NCBI GenBank assembly: GCA_009909065.1
Contig: JAAANZ010000023.1
Span: 210 to 64,209 of the forward strand
Length of the DNA: 64,000 bases
Reading direction: 5' to 3'
From: Alphaproteobacteria bacterium
Lineage (GTDB): Bacteria > Pseudomonadota > Alphaproteobacteria > Caulobacterales > Hyphomonadaceae
Shown here: positions 18,199-27,900 of the stretch, in pieces
How positions within the stretch are numbered: the stretch's first letter is position 1
Layout of the letters: each line of letters begins with the position of its first letter
Notes under the pieces: generated by a model
Seen by the model: only the letters and a program-made list of their open reading frames with translations
What the model was told of the DNA's origin: nothing
The model's database searches: none
Translations under genes and position numbers: made by a program

Positions 18199-18345
18199 GA
18201 GAAGTATTTGAACGTATCTGAATACACATTCAGAAAAAAGATCGAGAATCACAGCCCAATATTATATTTCACCTTGGCGGTTTAGCCCGGAATTAAGATT
18301 TCTCGCCGATTCTCCGACGGGTCCAATGGAGAGAGGCGAATCCCT

Positions 18346-19596
18346 ATGAACTTGCTCAGAAACATCCCGAAACTGGCTCTGGCGGCCAGTGCCACCGCCC
18401 TGATGGCCGGCGCGGCCCATGCCGGCGGCACCGATGCCGGCACATCGGTGGAAAACACCTTCACCCTCGATTATGACGTCGATGGCACCCCGCAGGGCAC
18501 GATCACCAACGACTCGACTTACTCGGCAGGTGCCGGCGATCCGTCGCCGATTATCGACCCGGACGGTCCGACCGATTTCACCGTCGACCGCCTGATCGAC
18601 CTGACCGTCACGGCCAACAATTCGGGCCTCCTGGTCCCGCCGAATGCCGACGATCGCATCCTGGAATTCACGCTGACCAATACCGGCAACGACAATCAGG
18701 CCTATTCCTTCAGCATTGATGATGTCAGCGGCGATGATTTCGATGCCACTGGCCTCGAGATCACGTATTCCCGCGCGGCGGTCGACCTCAATGATGACGG
18801 CGACACATCTGACACCTGCGAAGCGGCGGTGACCGATGCGCCGCTGACCGTGACGACACTGGGCGCCGCGGCCGGATCGGCCGACGTGACCTGCGACATT
18901 CCGAAGGACGGCACGGCCACGATCAATATTTCCGGTGACATTCCGGATTCGCTTACAGAGGCGGACATCGACGACCTGATCCTTGTCGCCGAAACCCGTG
19001 ATCCGACAGTCTGGGCCACGGAAGGCAATCCGGCGACCCCGGCGGCGGTGACGGCTGAGGATGGGGACGCAACCAACACAATTGACGGCGTGGCCGAAAA
19101 TGTCTTCGCCGATGATTCCGGTTCGTCTTCCGAAGTGGCCAATGACGGCCTGCACTCGGCACCGTCGAGCTATGTCATCTCCTCACCGGACTTGACGGCT
19201 GAGAAGGATGTCTGGGTCCTGGCCACGGCCTCGGACGAGACCAACTGCGCCGCCGAGACGGTTCCCGGCTCCGAGCCGACGGACCAGTATTCTTCGCCGA
19301 CGGCTTGTGTGCTCTACACGATCACGACAACCAATACCGGCGAGGTGGCCGGCTCCGACGCCACCGGCATCGAGATCGTGGACGTGCTTCCCGAAGACGT
19401 CGCTTTCGTGAAAGCCGAGACGAGTGGTTTCGATAGCGCGCCCGCGCTGACCTTCAAGAAGGCCGACGGCACGACCGATTGCGATGGCGCGGCCGGCGAG
19501 ACCTGCACGGTCACGGTGAGTGGAGCCAATCTCTCGGCGACAGCCGGCGCCACGGACAGCCTCGCATATCTGCGCATCTGGGCGCTGGTCCGCTGA
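18346..19596 (+). CDS. secreted acidic multi-domain protein ending in a DUF11 domain (locus gene B)
   Basis: Signal peptide MNLLRNIPKLALAASATALMAGAAHA. The protein is Asp/Thr/Gly-rich, and its C-terminal module has the DUF11 pattern (CVLYTITTTNTGEVAGSDATGIEIVDVLPEDV...). SD GGAGAGAGG lies upstream. Confidence 0.8.
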   Translation: MNLLRNIPKLALAASATALMAGAAHAGGTDAGTSVENTFTLDYDVDGTPQGTITNDSTYSAGAGDPSPIIDPDGPTDFTVDRLIDLTVTANNSGLLVPPNADDRILEFTLTNTGNDNQAYSFSIDDVSGDDFDATGLEITYSRAAVDLNDDGDTSDTCEAAVTDAPLTVTTLGAAAGSADVTCDIPKDGTATINISGDIPDSLTEADIDDLILVAETRDPTVWATEGNPATPAAVTAEDGDATNTIDGVAENVFADDSGSSSEVANDGLHSAPSSYVISSPDLTAEKDVWVLATASDETNCAAETVPGSEPTDQYSSPTACVLYTITTTNTGEVAGSDATGIEIVDVLPEDVAFVKAETSGFDSAPALTFKKADGTTDCDGAAGETCTVTVSGANLSATAGATDSLAYLRIWALVR

Positions 19597-19635
19597 ACCG
19601 AGAAGGGCCCTTTCAAGGCCCATGGTGACATCCCG

Positions 19636-19673
19636 GAGCCCCCGCGAAGCCCGTTCGCGGGGGCTCTTCAATT
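19636..19673 (+). terminator. strong GC stem-loop after gene B (terminator/attenuator-like, weak T-tract)
   Basis: GAGCCCCCGCGAA-gcccg-TTCGCGGGGGCTC (13-bp perfect stem) followed by TTCAATT. Confidence 0.5.
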
Positions 19674-19815
19674 CCGGAGATGGGTGAAATTCAACAGATC
19701 GGCAGGACCTGATTTTAACCATTCTCCATTACTCTCAAGATCGAGAGGCAATAAAGAGCAAGTATTGCCAAAATAAAACGGCACGACACACCAAAAGGTG
19801 GCGGCCAGGAATGTG

Positions 19816-22800
19816 ATGGTTGGTGTAATGGCTTTTTTCAAGAAGTCGACAAGAGCGGTATGCGCGTTTTTCGGCGCACTGATGGCCGGGGCTCTCTCAG
19901 TCGGGGCGACGACGCCGCTGGGCGAACAGGTGACCAATATCGCCCAGGTCACCTATGAGCATTCAAGCGGTCCGCTGAGCATGGACACGAATGCGGCCGA
20001 TTTCACCGTCGTTGCGCGCCCCACGCCGTCGACGGTCGAATTCTTTCGCTATGCCCCGAACGCCAGCGATCGTTTCACCACGCGCATCCATGGCAGCGAC
20101 TACAGCCCCACGGGCGAAGGCCCCGACGCCGAGTTCGTGGCGATCGGCCCGCCGGTCACGATGGGCGGAACCGAGCTGGATTTTTCCGGCGAGGTGCCAC
20201 TGATCCCGGCCGAAACCTATTTCTCCGGCGAGCTGATGGTCGTGCGTGTGATCGACAAGGGCCAGAATGGCGACCCGGAGCGCATCGAGACCCTGACCAC
20301 CATGATCACGACCGATGGCAGCGACCAGATCTGCCTGAGGCTTTATGAGAGCGGCACGGATACGGGGCATTTCTATGGCTATATGCCGAGCACGGCCGAG
20401 CCCACCGCCGCCAATGATGCCAGGATCACCGCGCCGAAGGACAGCCAGCTGACAGCGACATATGTCGATGTCTTCGACTCGACGGAAGTGTCCATCGATA
20501 CGGCCCTCGTCGATCCCTTTGGCCGGCTTTTCGATTCGCTGACGGGTGAATTCATCGATGGGGCGCAAGTCACGATCGTCGAGGATGAAACCGGCGCGCC
20601 CGCCGATGTCTATGGTGTCGATGGCGTGTCCGAATATCCCTCGACACTTGTCACGGGCGGAACGGTCACCGATGCCGGCGGATCGGTATATGATCTGGAT
20701 CCCGGCGAGTTCCTCTTCCCGCTGATGGCGCCCGGCGAATACCGCCTGATCATCGAGCCGCCGGAAGGCTATGTCTATCCGTCCGGCTTCCCGGCCGACC
20801 AGTTCGGATCGCTGGAAAACGCGCCCTTCGAAATCATCGACGGCTCTTACGGGCGCAGCTTCACGGTCAGCGCAACAGGCCCGCTGAATTTCGACGTGCC
20901 CCTCGACACGACGCGCGGCCTGACGGTCACCAAGCGGTCCGGCCAGACACAGGCCGCGATCGGCGATTTCGTGTCCTACTCGGTGACGGCCGAGAACCGT
21001 TCCGACACCGCCCTTCCGATGATTGTTCGCGATGAGCTGCCGCGCGGGCTGCGTTATGAAGCTGGCTCGGCCGAGATTGAAGGCGCCGATACAGAGACGG
21101 CCGAGATTTCGGAAAATGGCCGCACACTGACATTCGATGCCGGGCTGATCGCGCCGGGCACCAAGCGCACGCTGAATTATGTCGCGGCCGTCGGAGCCGG
21201 CACGCCGCCGGGAACGGCGGTCAACAGCGCAGCCGCTGTCAATCCGCTTGGCCGCTCGATCTCGAACACGGCCGAAGCGGCCATCGAGATCCGCGAGGAT
21301 TTCCTGCGCTCGGAACTGACCCTCGTCGGCCGCGTCACCGAGGATGCCTGCCAGGCCGACCAGGACTGGGCGCGCGATATCGCGGACGGGTCCGGAGTGG
21401 CGGGCGTCCGGCTCTATCTGGAGACCGGTGAATATGTCGTCACGGACGAGGACGGGCTGTTCCATTTCGAGGGTGTCGAGGCGCGCACGCATGTGCTCCA
21501 GCTCGACCGCGAGACCCTGCCAGACGGGCTTGAGCCGGTCGTGTGCGAGGAAAATACCCGCTATGCCGGTTCAGCCTATTCGAAATTCATCGATGCCGAA
21601 GGCGGCACGGTCTGGCGCGCCAATTTCTACCTCACCCGAACCGAGGAGCAGAGCGCCGAGAAGGCGGAGGAATACTTCGACGATGCGGTCGAATACAGGA
21701 AATTCGATCAGGACTGGCTGGACGCTCAGTCGGCTGATATCGAATGGGTCTATCCCGACACGACGCGAACCCCGTCGCACCAGAGTGTCAATCTGGGGAT
21801 CAAGACACCTTTCCGCGCCTCGGTGTCCCTGAAGGTGAACGGCCGGCCGGTGCCCGCCACGAATGTGCAGTCGCGCCTGACCTCGGCTGACCGCAGCGCC
21901 GACCTTCATCGCTGGCGCGGCGTGGATATCAACCGTGGCCGGAACCGGTTCGTGGCGACGATACGCCAGGCCGACGGAACCGAAACAACGCTCGAGCGCA
22001 CCATCTGGTTTGTCGATGAGGCCCAGCGCGCGCGCCTCGTTGATGACCAGTCCGTGCTGGTCGCCGACGGGCGAACCCGTCCGGTCGTCGCGGTCCGCCT
22101 GGAGGATGCCGAGGGCCATGCCGTCCATGCCGGGCGTGTCGTCGATGTCGATGTGGCCGATCCCTATCGCCTGGTGGCCGATGCGCGCCGTGAAGAGCGC
22201 AACCCGGTCGCCACCAACACGATCGAGGTGTCCGGTGTGCATGTCGATCCCGATGGTATCGCCCGGATCGAGCTCGAACCGACTCTGGTGACGGGGCGTG
22301 TGCGGGTGCGTGTGCCCCTGAAGGACGGGCGCCATGAGGATATCACGGCTTATCTTCGCCCGGAAAAGCGCGACTGGATCGTCGTTGGCCTGGCCGAGGG
22401 AGAAGCGGGGCTTCAGGAAATTGACGGCCCGGGATCCTTCAGTGCCGAGGAGACCCTGACCGATGGCCGGCTGGCCTTCTTCGCCAAGGGCATGATCCGC
22501 GGCGACTGGCTGCTGACCCTGGCGGTGGATACGGCGAAACGCCGGGGGCGCGAGGATGATGCGCTGTTCGAGCAGATCAATCCGAATGCCTATTACACGC
22601 TGTATGGCGACCGCACCTGGCAGAACCATGACGCCGAAAGCCGCTATCCGGTCTATGTGAAGCTTGAAAAGGACACCGCGCAGATCCTCTTCGGCGATTT
22701 CAACACCGATATGAGCGATACCGAGCTGGGTCGCTACAACCGCCGCCTGTCGGGCCTTCGCGGTGTGTTCGAAGGCGAGAATGTCCGGGCGACCGGCTTT

Positions 22801-24885
22801 GCCGCCGAAACCAATCAGGGCTTTGTCAAGGACGAGTTCGCCGCCGACGGCACGTCCGGCCCCTATCGTCTCTCGACAACGCCGATCGTGCGCAACTCGG
22901 AGGTTATCACGGTGGAGACCCGTGAAAGGCTGCGACCGGACAAGGTGGTGAGCGTGCGCACGCTGACCCGGTATGTCGACTACGAGATCGACTACGAAAC
23001 AGGCGAGCTCCTGTTCCGCGCGCCGATAAATGCCACGGATACGCAGTTCAATGAGAATGTCATTGTCGCCGACTATGAGACGTTCAGCGATACCGAACGC
23101 AACACGACCTATGGCGGACGCGTGGCCGTGCGCACCGATGACAAGCGGCTTGAAGTCGGCCTCAGCCATGTCCACGAGGAAGGCCGCGCCAACCAGCCGG
23201 GTTCGCAATCGGAGGTGACGACCGTCGATGCGACCGCCCGGGTCAGCGACAATACGGAGCTGCGCGCGGAAGCGGCCCGCTCGGAACGAAGGCCCGGCCC
23301 GGATGGCGAGGCCAGCCAGTCCGCCGATGCCTATCTGCTCGAGGCGATCCATCAGGGTGAGGCGGTCACCGTCACCGGTTATGTCCGCGAGGAGCAGGCC
23401 GGCTTCGGTGTCGGCCAGACCGGATCCAACACCAACGGCATCCGCCGGTATGGGTTGCAGGGCAGCGCACTTGTCGCGGAGATCAACAATATGGAGACCG
23501 GCGAACGCGCCACGCGCACGCTGACGGCGCAGGCCTATCGCGAGGAGGCCCTTGGCCGCGATGAGGTGCGCACGGTCGGCGAACTCGGCGTGCAGCATAC
23601 CGGCCAGCTGACGACCCTTGGCGCGGGTCTGCGCGCGGTTGACGAGGCGCTCGATACCGGGCCACGCGAATCACTTCAGGCCACGGCCAATGCCTCACGC
23701 GCCTTCCCCGAAATCGGCCTGACCGTGACGGCCGCGCATGAACAGCCGCTGGGCGATGATAATGCGAATGAAGCCAGCCTCTTCCCGAGGCGCACCCTCC
23801 TGGGCGCCGACAAGCTGCTGACCCAGCGTGCGACGCTGAACCTGCGCCACGAGATCATCGACGGGGCAAATGCTTCGGGCCGGAACACGACAGCTGGCAT
23901 CTCCTATGTCCCCTGGACGGGTGGGCGTGTGACCACCTCGCTCAACGATATTACCCAGGACTCCGCCCGCCGCCTGTCAGCCACGGTTGGTGTCGACCAG
24001 ACCTTCCAGATCGATGAGCGCTGGAGCGCCAGTCTCGGCATGGCGGATCGCTCGCAGATCGATGGCGGGGAAGCTCCGCGCGATCCGCTGGCCGATGATG
24101 CGGTCTCCCCGCTGGCGGAGGGCGAGCGCAGCCGCCTGACGCTGGATGAAAGCTTTACATCCGCTTATGCAGGTCTGGGTTATCGCGACCTGGCCACAAC
24201 CGGCTCGCTGCGTGGGGAATATCGCGAAACACCCCAGTCCCAGCGCTGGGCGGTGATCCTCGGCGGTGCGCGCGAGGCTTCGGAAACGCTGTCCTTTGCG
24301 GGAACGGGCCGTTACCAGAGCGAAACCTCGGAGTTTGCCGGCCAGAGACGGGCCATCGACATGCGCCTCGGCACCGCCTGGCGTCCGCGCGGGGAAGGTC
24401 CGATCGTGTTCAATCGCCTGGACTTCAAACAGGAAGAGGTCGTCGGCGATTTCTCGACATGGAAGCTGGTCAACAATCTCGGCGCGAACACGATGCTCTC
24501 GGACGCGACGCAGATGTCCATCTTCAACGGCATCAAATATACCGACACCAGCCTGGCCGGCGCCGATGTCGAGGGCTGGGCCTGGCTGCTCGGCGGCGAG
24601 CTGCGCCACGACATCACGCCGCGGATCGATCTGGGCCTGCATGGCTCCGTGATGCACACCACCGCGACCGGCACGACGGAATTGTCCGCGGGCCCCAGCA
24701 TCGGTTTCTCGCCGAAGGACAATGTCTGGGCGTCGGTGGGCTACAATTTCATCGGTTTCCGCGACGAGGACTTCGAGGCGGCGGAATACACCCGCAACGG
24801 TCTCTACGTGAAGCTCCGGTTCAAGTTCGATGAAGAGAGCCTGGATGGACTGCTTGAGCGAATCTCGCCGCGCGGGCGTCACTGA
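19816..24885 (+). CDS. giant secreted protein: DUF11 + Cna-B/SdrD-B-like + Big_1-like modules with a large C-terminal beta-barrel-like region (locus gene C)
   Basis: The signal peptide region is ..MAFFKKSTRAVCAFFGALMAGALSVGA. Cna-B-like blocks are (GEYRLIIEPPEGYVYPSGF; VAGVRLYLETGEYVVTDEDGLFHFEGVEARTHVLQL). The DUF11 block is (GDFVSYSVTAENRSDTALPMIVRDELPRGL). The Big_1-like block is (SVLVADGRTRPVVAVRLEDAEGHAV). The last ~600-700 aa show alternating hydrophobic strands ending GLYVKLRFKF plus a 20-aa tail. Possible starts are GTG 19798, ATG 19816 and ATG 19828. Confidence 0.8.
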   Translation: MVGVMAFFKKSTRAVCAFFGALMAGALSVGATTPLGEQVTNIAQVTYEHSSGPLSMDTNAADFTVVARPTPSTVEFFRYAPNASDRFTTRIHGSDYSPTGEGPDAEFVAIGPPVTMGGTELDFSGEVPLIPAETYFSGELMVVRVIDKGQNGDPERIETLTTMITTDGSDQICLRLYESGTDTGHFYGYMPSTAEPTAANDARITAPKDSQLTATYVDVFDSTEVSIDTALVDPFGRLFDSLTGEFIDGAQVTIVEDETGAPADVYGVDGVSEYPSTLVTGGTVTDAGGSVYDLDPGEFLFPLMAPGEYRLIIEPPEGYVYPSGFPADQFGSLENAPFEIIDGSYGRSFTVSATGPLNFDVPLDTTRGLTVTKRSGQTQAAIGDFVSYSVTAENRSDTALPMIVRDELPRGLRYEAGSAEIEGADTETAEISENGRTLTFDAGLIAPGTKRTLNYVAAVGAGTPPGTAVNSAAAVNPLGRSISNTAEAAIEIREDFLRSELTLVGRVTEDACQADQDWARDIADGSGVAGVRLYLETGEYVVTDEDGLFHFEGVEARTHVLQLDRETLPDGLEPVVCEENTRYAGSAYSKFIDAEGGTVWRANFYLTRTEEQSAEKAEEYFDDAVEYRKFDQDWLDAQSADIEWVYPDTTRTPSHQSVNLGIKTPFRASVSLKVNGRPVPATNVQSRLTSADRSADLHRWRGVDINRGRNRFVATIRQADGTETTLERTIWFVDEAQRARLVDDQSVLVADGRTRPVVAVRLEDAEGHAVHAGRVVDVDVADPYRLVADARREERNPVATNTIEVSGVHVDPDGIARIELEPTLVTGRVRVRVPLKDGRHEDITAYLRPEKRDWIVVGLAEGEAGLQEIDGPGSFSAEETLTDGRLAFFAKGMIRGDWLLTLAVDTAKRRGREDDALFEQINPNAYYTLYGDRTWQNHDAESRYPVYVKLEKDTAQILFGDFNTDMSDTELGRYNRRLSGLRGVFEGENVRATGFAAETNQGFVKDEFAADGTSGPYRLSTTPIVRNSEVITVETRERLRPDKVVSVRTLTRYVDYEIDYETGELLFRAPINATDTQFNENVIVADYETFSDTERNTTYGGRVAVRTDDKRLEVGLSHVHEEGRANQPGSQSEVTTVDATARVSDNTELRAEAARSERRPGPDGEASQSADAYLLEAIHQGEAVTVTGYVREEQAGFGVGQTGSNTNGIRRYGLQGSALVAEINNMETGERATRTLTAQAYREEALGRDEVRTVGELGVQHTGQLTTLGAGLRAVDEALDTGPRESLQATANASRAFPEIGLTVTAAHEQPLGDDNANEASLFPRRTLLGADKLLTQRATLNLRHEIIDGANASGRNTTAGISYVPWTGGRVTTSLNDITQDSARRLSATVGVDQTFQIDERWSASLGMADRSQIDGGEAPRDPLADDAVSPLAEGERSRLTLDESFTSAYAGLGYRDLATTGSLRGEYRETPQSQRWAVILGGAREASETLSFAGTGRYQSETSEFAGQRRAIDMRLGTAWRPRGEGPIVFNRLDFKQEEVVGDFSTWKLVNNLGANTMLSDATQMSIFNGIKYTDTSLAGADVEGWAWLLGGELRHDITPRIDLGLHGSVMHTTATGTTELSAGPSIGFSPKDNVWASVGYNFIGFRDEDFEAAEYTRNGLYVKLRFKFDEESLDGLLERISPRGRH

Positions 24886-24974
24886 CGGCTTTGGCAAAGA
24901 CGGGCGCCTTTAGTCTTGGATTTCAATCGCGACCAAACGTCCTTTCTCGGCTTGGTCATCACGCGAGGCAGGAA

Positions 24975-27900
24975 ATGAATCAGCGGAACACCAACAAGAT
25001 CCAGACGGCCTGGCGGCTGCTTGTGCTGTCTCTGGCAGCGATGGGCTTCGCCGGCGCGGCCATGGTGGCCACGGCGCAGACATGCGGGACCGGATCGTCA
25101 GCGACGGGTTCGGGCTTTGCGTCGTCCGGCTCTGGCAATTTCACCGAGGAGGTCTTCTGGCTCGACTGGAACTGCCCCGGCCACTCAACTTTCGCGCCCG
25201 GATCGACCGTCACACGCAGCTGGGATGTGGGCGACGGCACGATTGTTTCGGCCACGATCACGGGTGCGACATTCTCCATTCAACCCTATGATACCGGTTC
25301 CTATTTCGAGGACACGCTGCCAAGCCTCTATGGCGGACTGAACCCCCTCGGGCTGCAAGGCGCGGTCGATGGACAGGATCCGCAATTCGACATCAGCTTC
25401 AGCGCCACCCATAATGGCGACCCGATCGATGTCGATCTTGTCGTCGCGGACGCCGAGACGACGTCGCCCGGCGAAAGCATTGTCGTGAACACGAGCGGCG
25501 GTGCCTTTACCTTGTTGGAGCAATCGGGCGGCATCTCCGTGGCCGGTGCCGGCACCCAGACAGCAACGTTCTCCCATGGCGGCAGCGCCGGAACCGCGCT
25601 TCTGGAGTCCAGCGGCAGCCCGACCTTGTCGACCACGCTGAACCAGGGCGGCCGGCAGGCCGTTGCCTTCGGCGTGCGCTTCAGGAGAGACTTCTCCGAT
25701 GCACCGACAGCCGGCTATGGCGGCGCAAACCACCGCCAGAAGGGAAACTGGCGTCTCGGCGCCACGCTCACCACCGAGACGGCGGATTACAATGATCCGA
25801 ATGCGGCGGGGGACGCCGATGACGGCGTGACTTTCCCGACGCTCACTCAGGGGCAGAGCGCGACCCTCCCGGTGAGCGTGACCCAGCCGAGTGGCAATCA
25901 GGGTTATCTCCAGGCCTGGATCGACTGGAACGGCGACGGCGACTTTGCCGATGCCGGCGAGCAGGTTGCGAGCGACCTGCAAAGCGCGAGCGCAGGAACG
26001 AGCACGATCAGCGTGCCGGTCACTGTGCCTGCCACGGCAACCACCAGCCCCACCTTCGTCCGGTTCCGCTGGTCGTCGACGCAGGGCCTCGATAGCACCA
26101 CCGCCGCGCCCGATGGCGAGGTGGAGGATTATCAGGTGACGGTGCAGGCGTCGCCAACACCCAACTTCACCACAGACGACTCCCTCGGCAATGCCTGTGT
26201 GGCAAGCGGTGGCGTTCTAGGCACGACGAATTTCTTCACCGACCTCGATGGGGGCACGTTTGGAACGGGCTCCGGTGCGGCTGACGAAATACCGACAACC
26301 AACCCCTATGCCGCACAGATTTCCGGCGGCACCTATCGCAACACCCTCACAGGGTTCCAGCATGGTGATTACACCATCATCTCGAACAACCAGACGCCCC
26401 GCAATTCCTACCAGTATGGCAACGGGATCTTTGATCCTGTGAACGGCTTCACGGGCCGCTTCTTTATCTCTGATCCGAATATGAGCGCGCCGGCCTTCAC
26501 AAGCACGCTCAATGGTCTCGTTCCAGGTGAGAGCTATGAGCTCTCTTTCTGGGCCGCCGATTCGGAGACCGGAACCGGCGCAAAGCAGCGGATTGGGATA
26601 TTCGTTGATGGCGTGGAAGTATATAATACAGGATTCATTGCCAACCCGCCTTCGGGAATGGTCTGGCGTAAGTATTCATTCGTCTATGTGCACCCGACCG
26701 CTGCGTCAAGCGCAAACATTCAGATACGGGCGCTGGAGACGGGTTCGGCTGGTCGCGATATATTTTTCGACGAAATCCGGCTGTTTGAATGTAACTCACC
26801 TGCCGATTTTGGCGATGCACCGTCCACTGGCACCAGCTATGGCGAGCCACAGCACAGGATCGTGACAGGTCTTCAGCTCGGTGCTGCCGTGACCGATGAA
26901 ACGGTCGGTTATGACGATGCGAACGCCGCAGGGGACGCTGATGATGGCGTGACTTTCCCGACGCTCACTCAGGGGCAGAGCGCGACCATTCCAGTGAGCG
27001 TGACGCAAGCGAGCGGCAATCAGGGTTATCTGCAGGCCTGGATCGACTGGAACGGCGACGGCGACTTTGCCGATGCCGGCGAGCAGGTCGCAACCGACCT
27101 GCAGAGCGCGACCGCAGGAACGAGCACGATCAGTGTGCCGGTCACTGTGCCCGCCACGGCAACCACCAGCCCCACCTTCGCCCGATTCCGCTGGTCCACC
27201 ACGGCCGGCCTCGACGCCACGGCCGCTGCGCCCGATGGCGAGGTGGAGGATTATCAGGTGACGGTGGCCCCGCCCCCTCCCCCACCATCGAGCGGCGTGA
27301 TCAATTATCCCAACTCAGGCAATGGGCTCTATCGCGGCAGCATCGGCCTGCTCGACTGGGCGGGCAGCGGTCTTGATGATGGTATTCGGGATGGCGATTC
27401 GGTCAGTTTCGCCCTGCCGGAATGCCGTGCCGGCACACTGACGGCGACCTTCAGCAATGTCACCAATCCGGCCAATGCGACGACTTATGTGCCGTCCGAT
27501 ATGAATACTTGGTCCGGGGCGCCCTTCCACAACGCTTATAACGGGCCAGGCAATGGCGAGGCACTCCACGGCGCCTTTGGTGCCAGCGCGTCCTTTCGAA
27601 TCGACTGGACCATGACGGTCAATGGTGTCGCGAGGAGCCCCGACATCTTTTTCTTCGATGCAGAGGCCAGTGATTCGGGACCAGAGGCTGTGAGCGCCAC
27701 CACAAATGGCGGTGTATGGGCGCTGGTCGAGAATATCGGAGGCGCCGGTTACACTGCCACCGGGATCGGAACTCAGTCCGTCACGATTGAGCAGTCTCAA
27801 TCACCGTCCAATACTCCTCTTTTGCTTTCCATGGCCACGAGCCGCACGGATATCGACATAAATGCAGATGGTGGGCTGCAGGCGGTCGGCTTCGGCGTTC

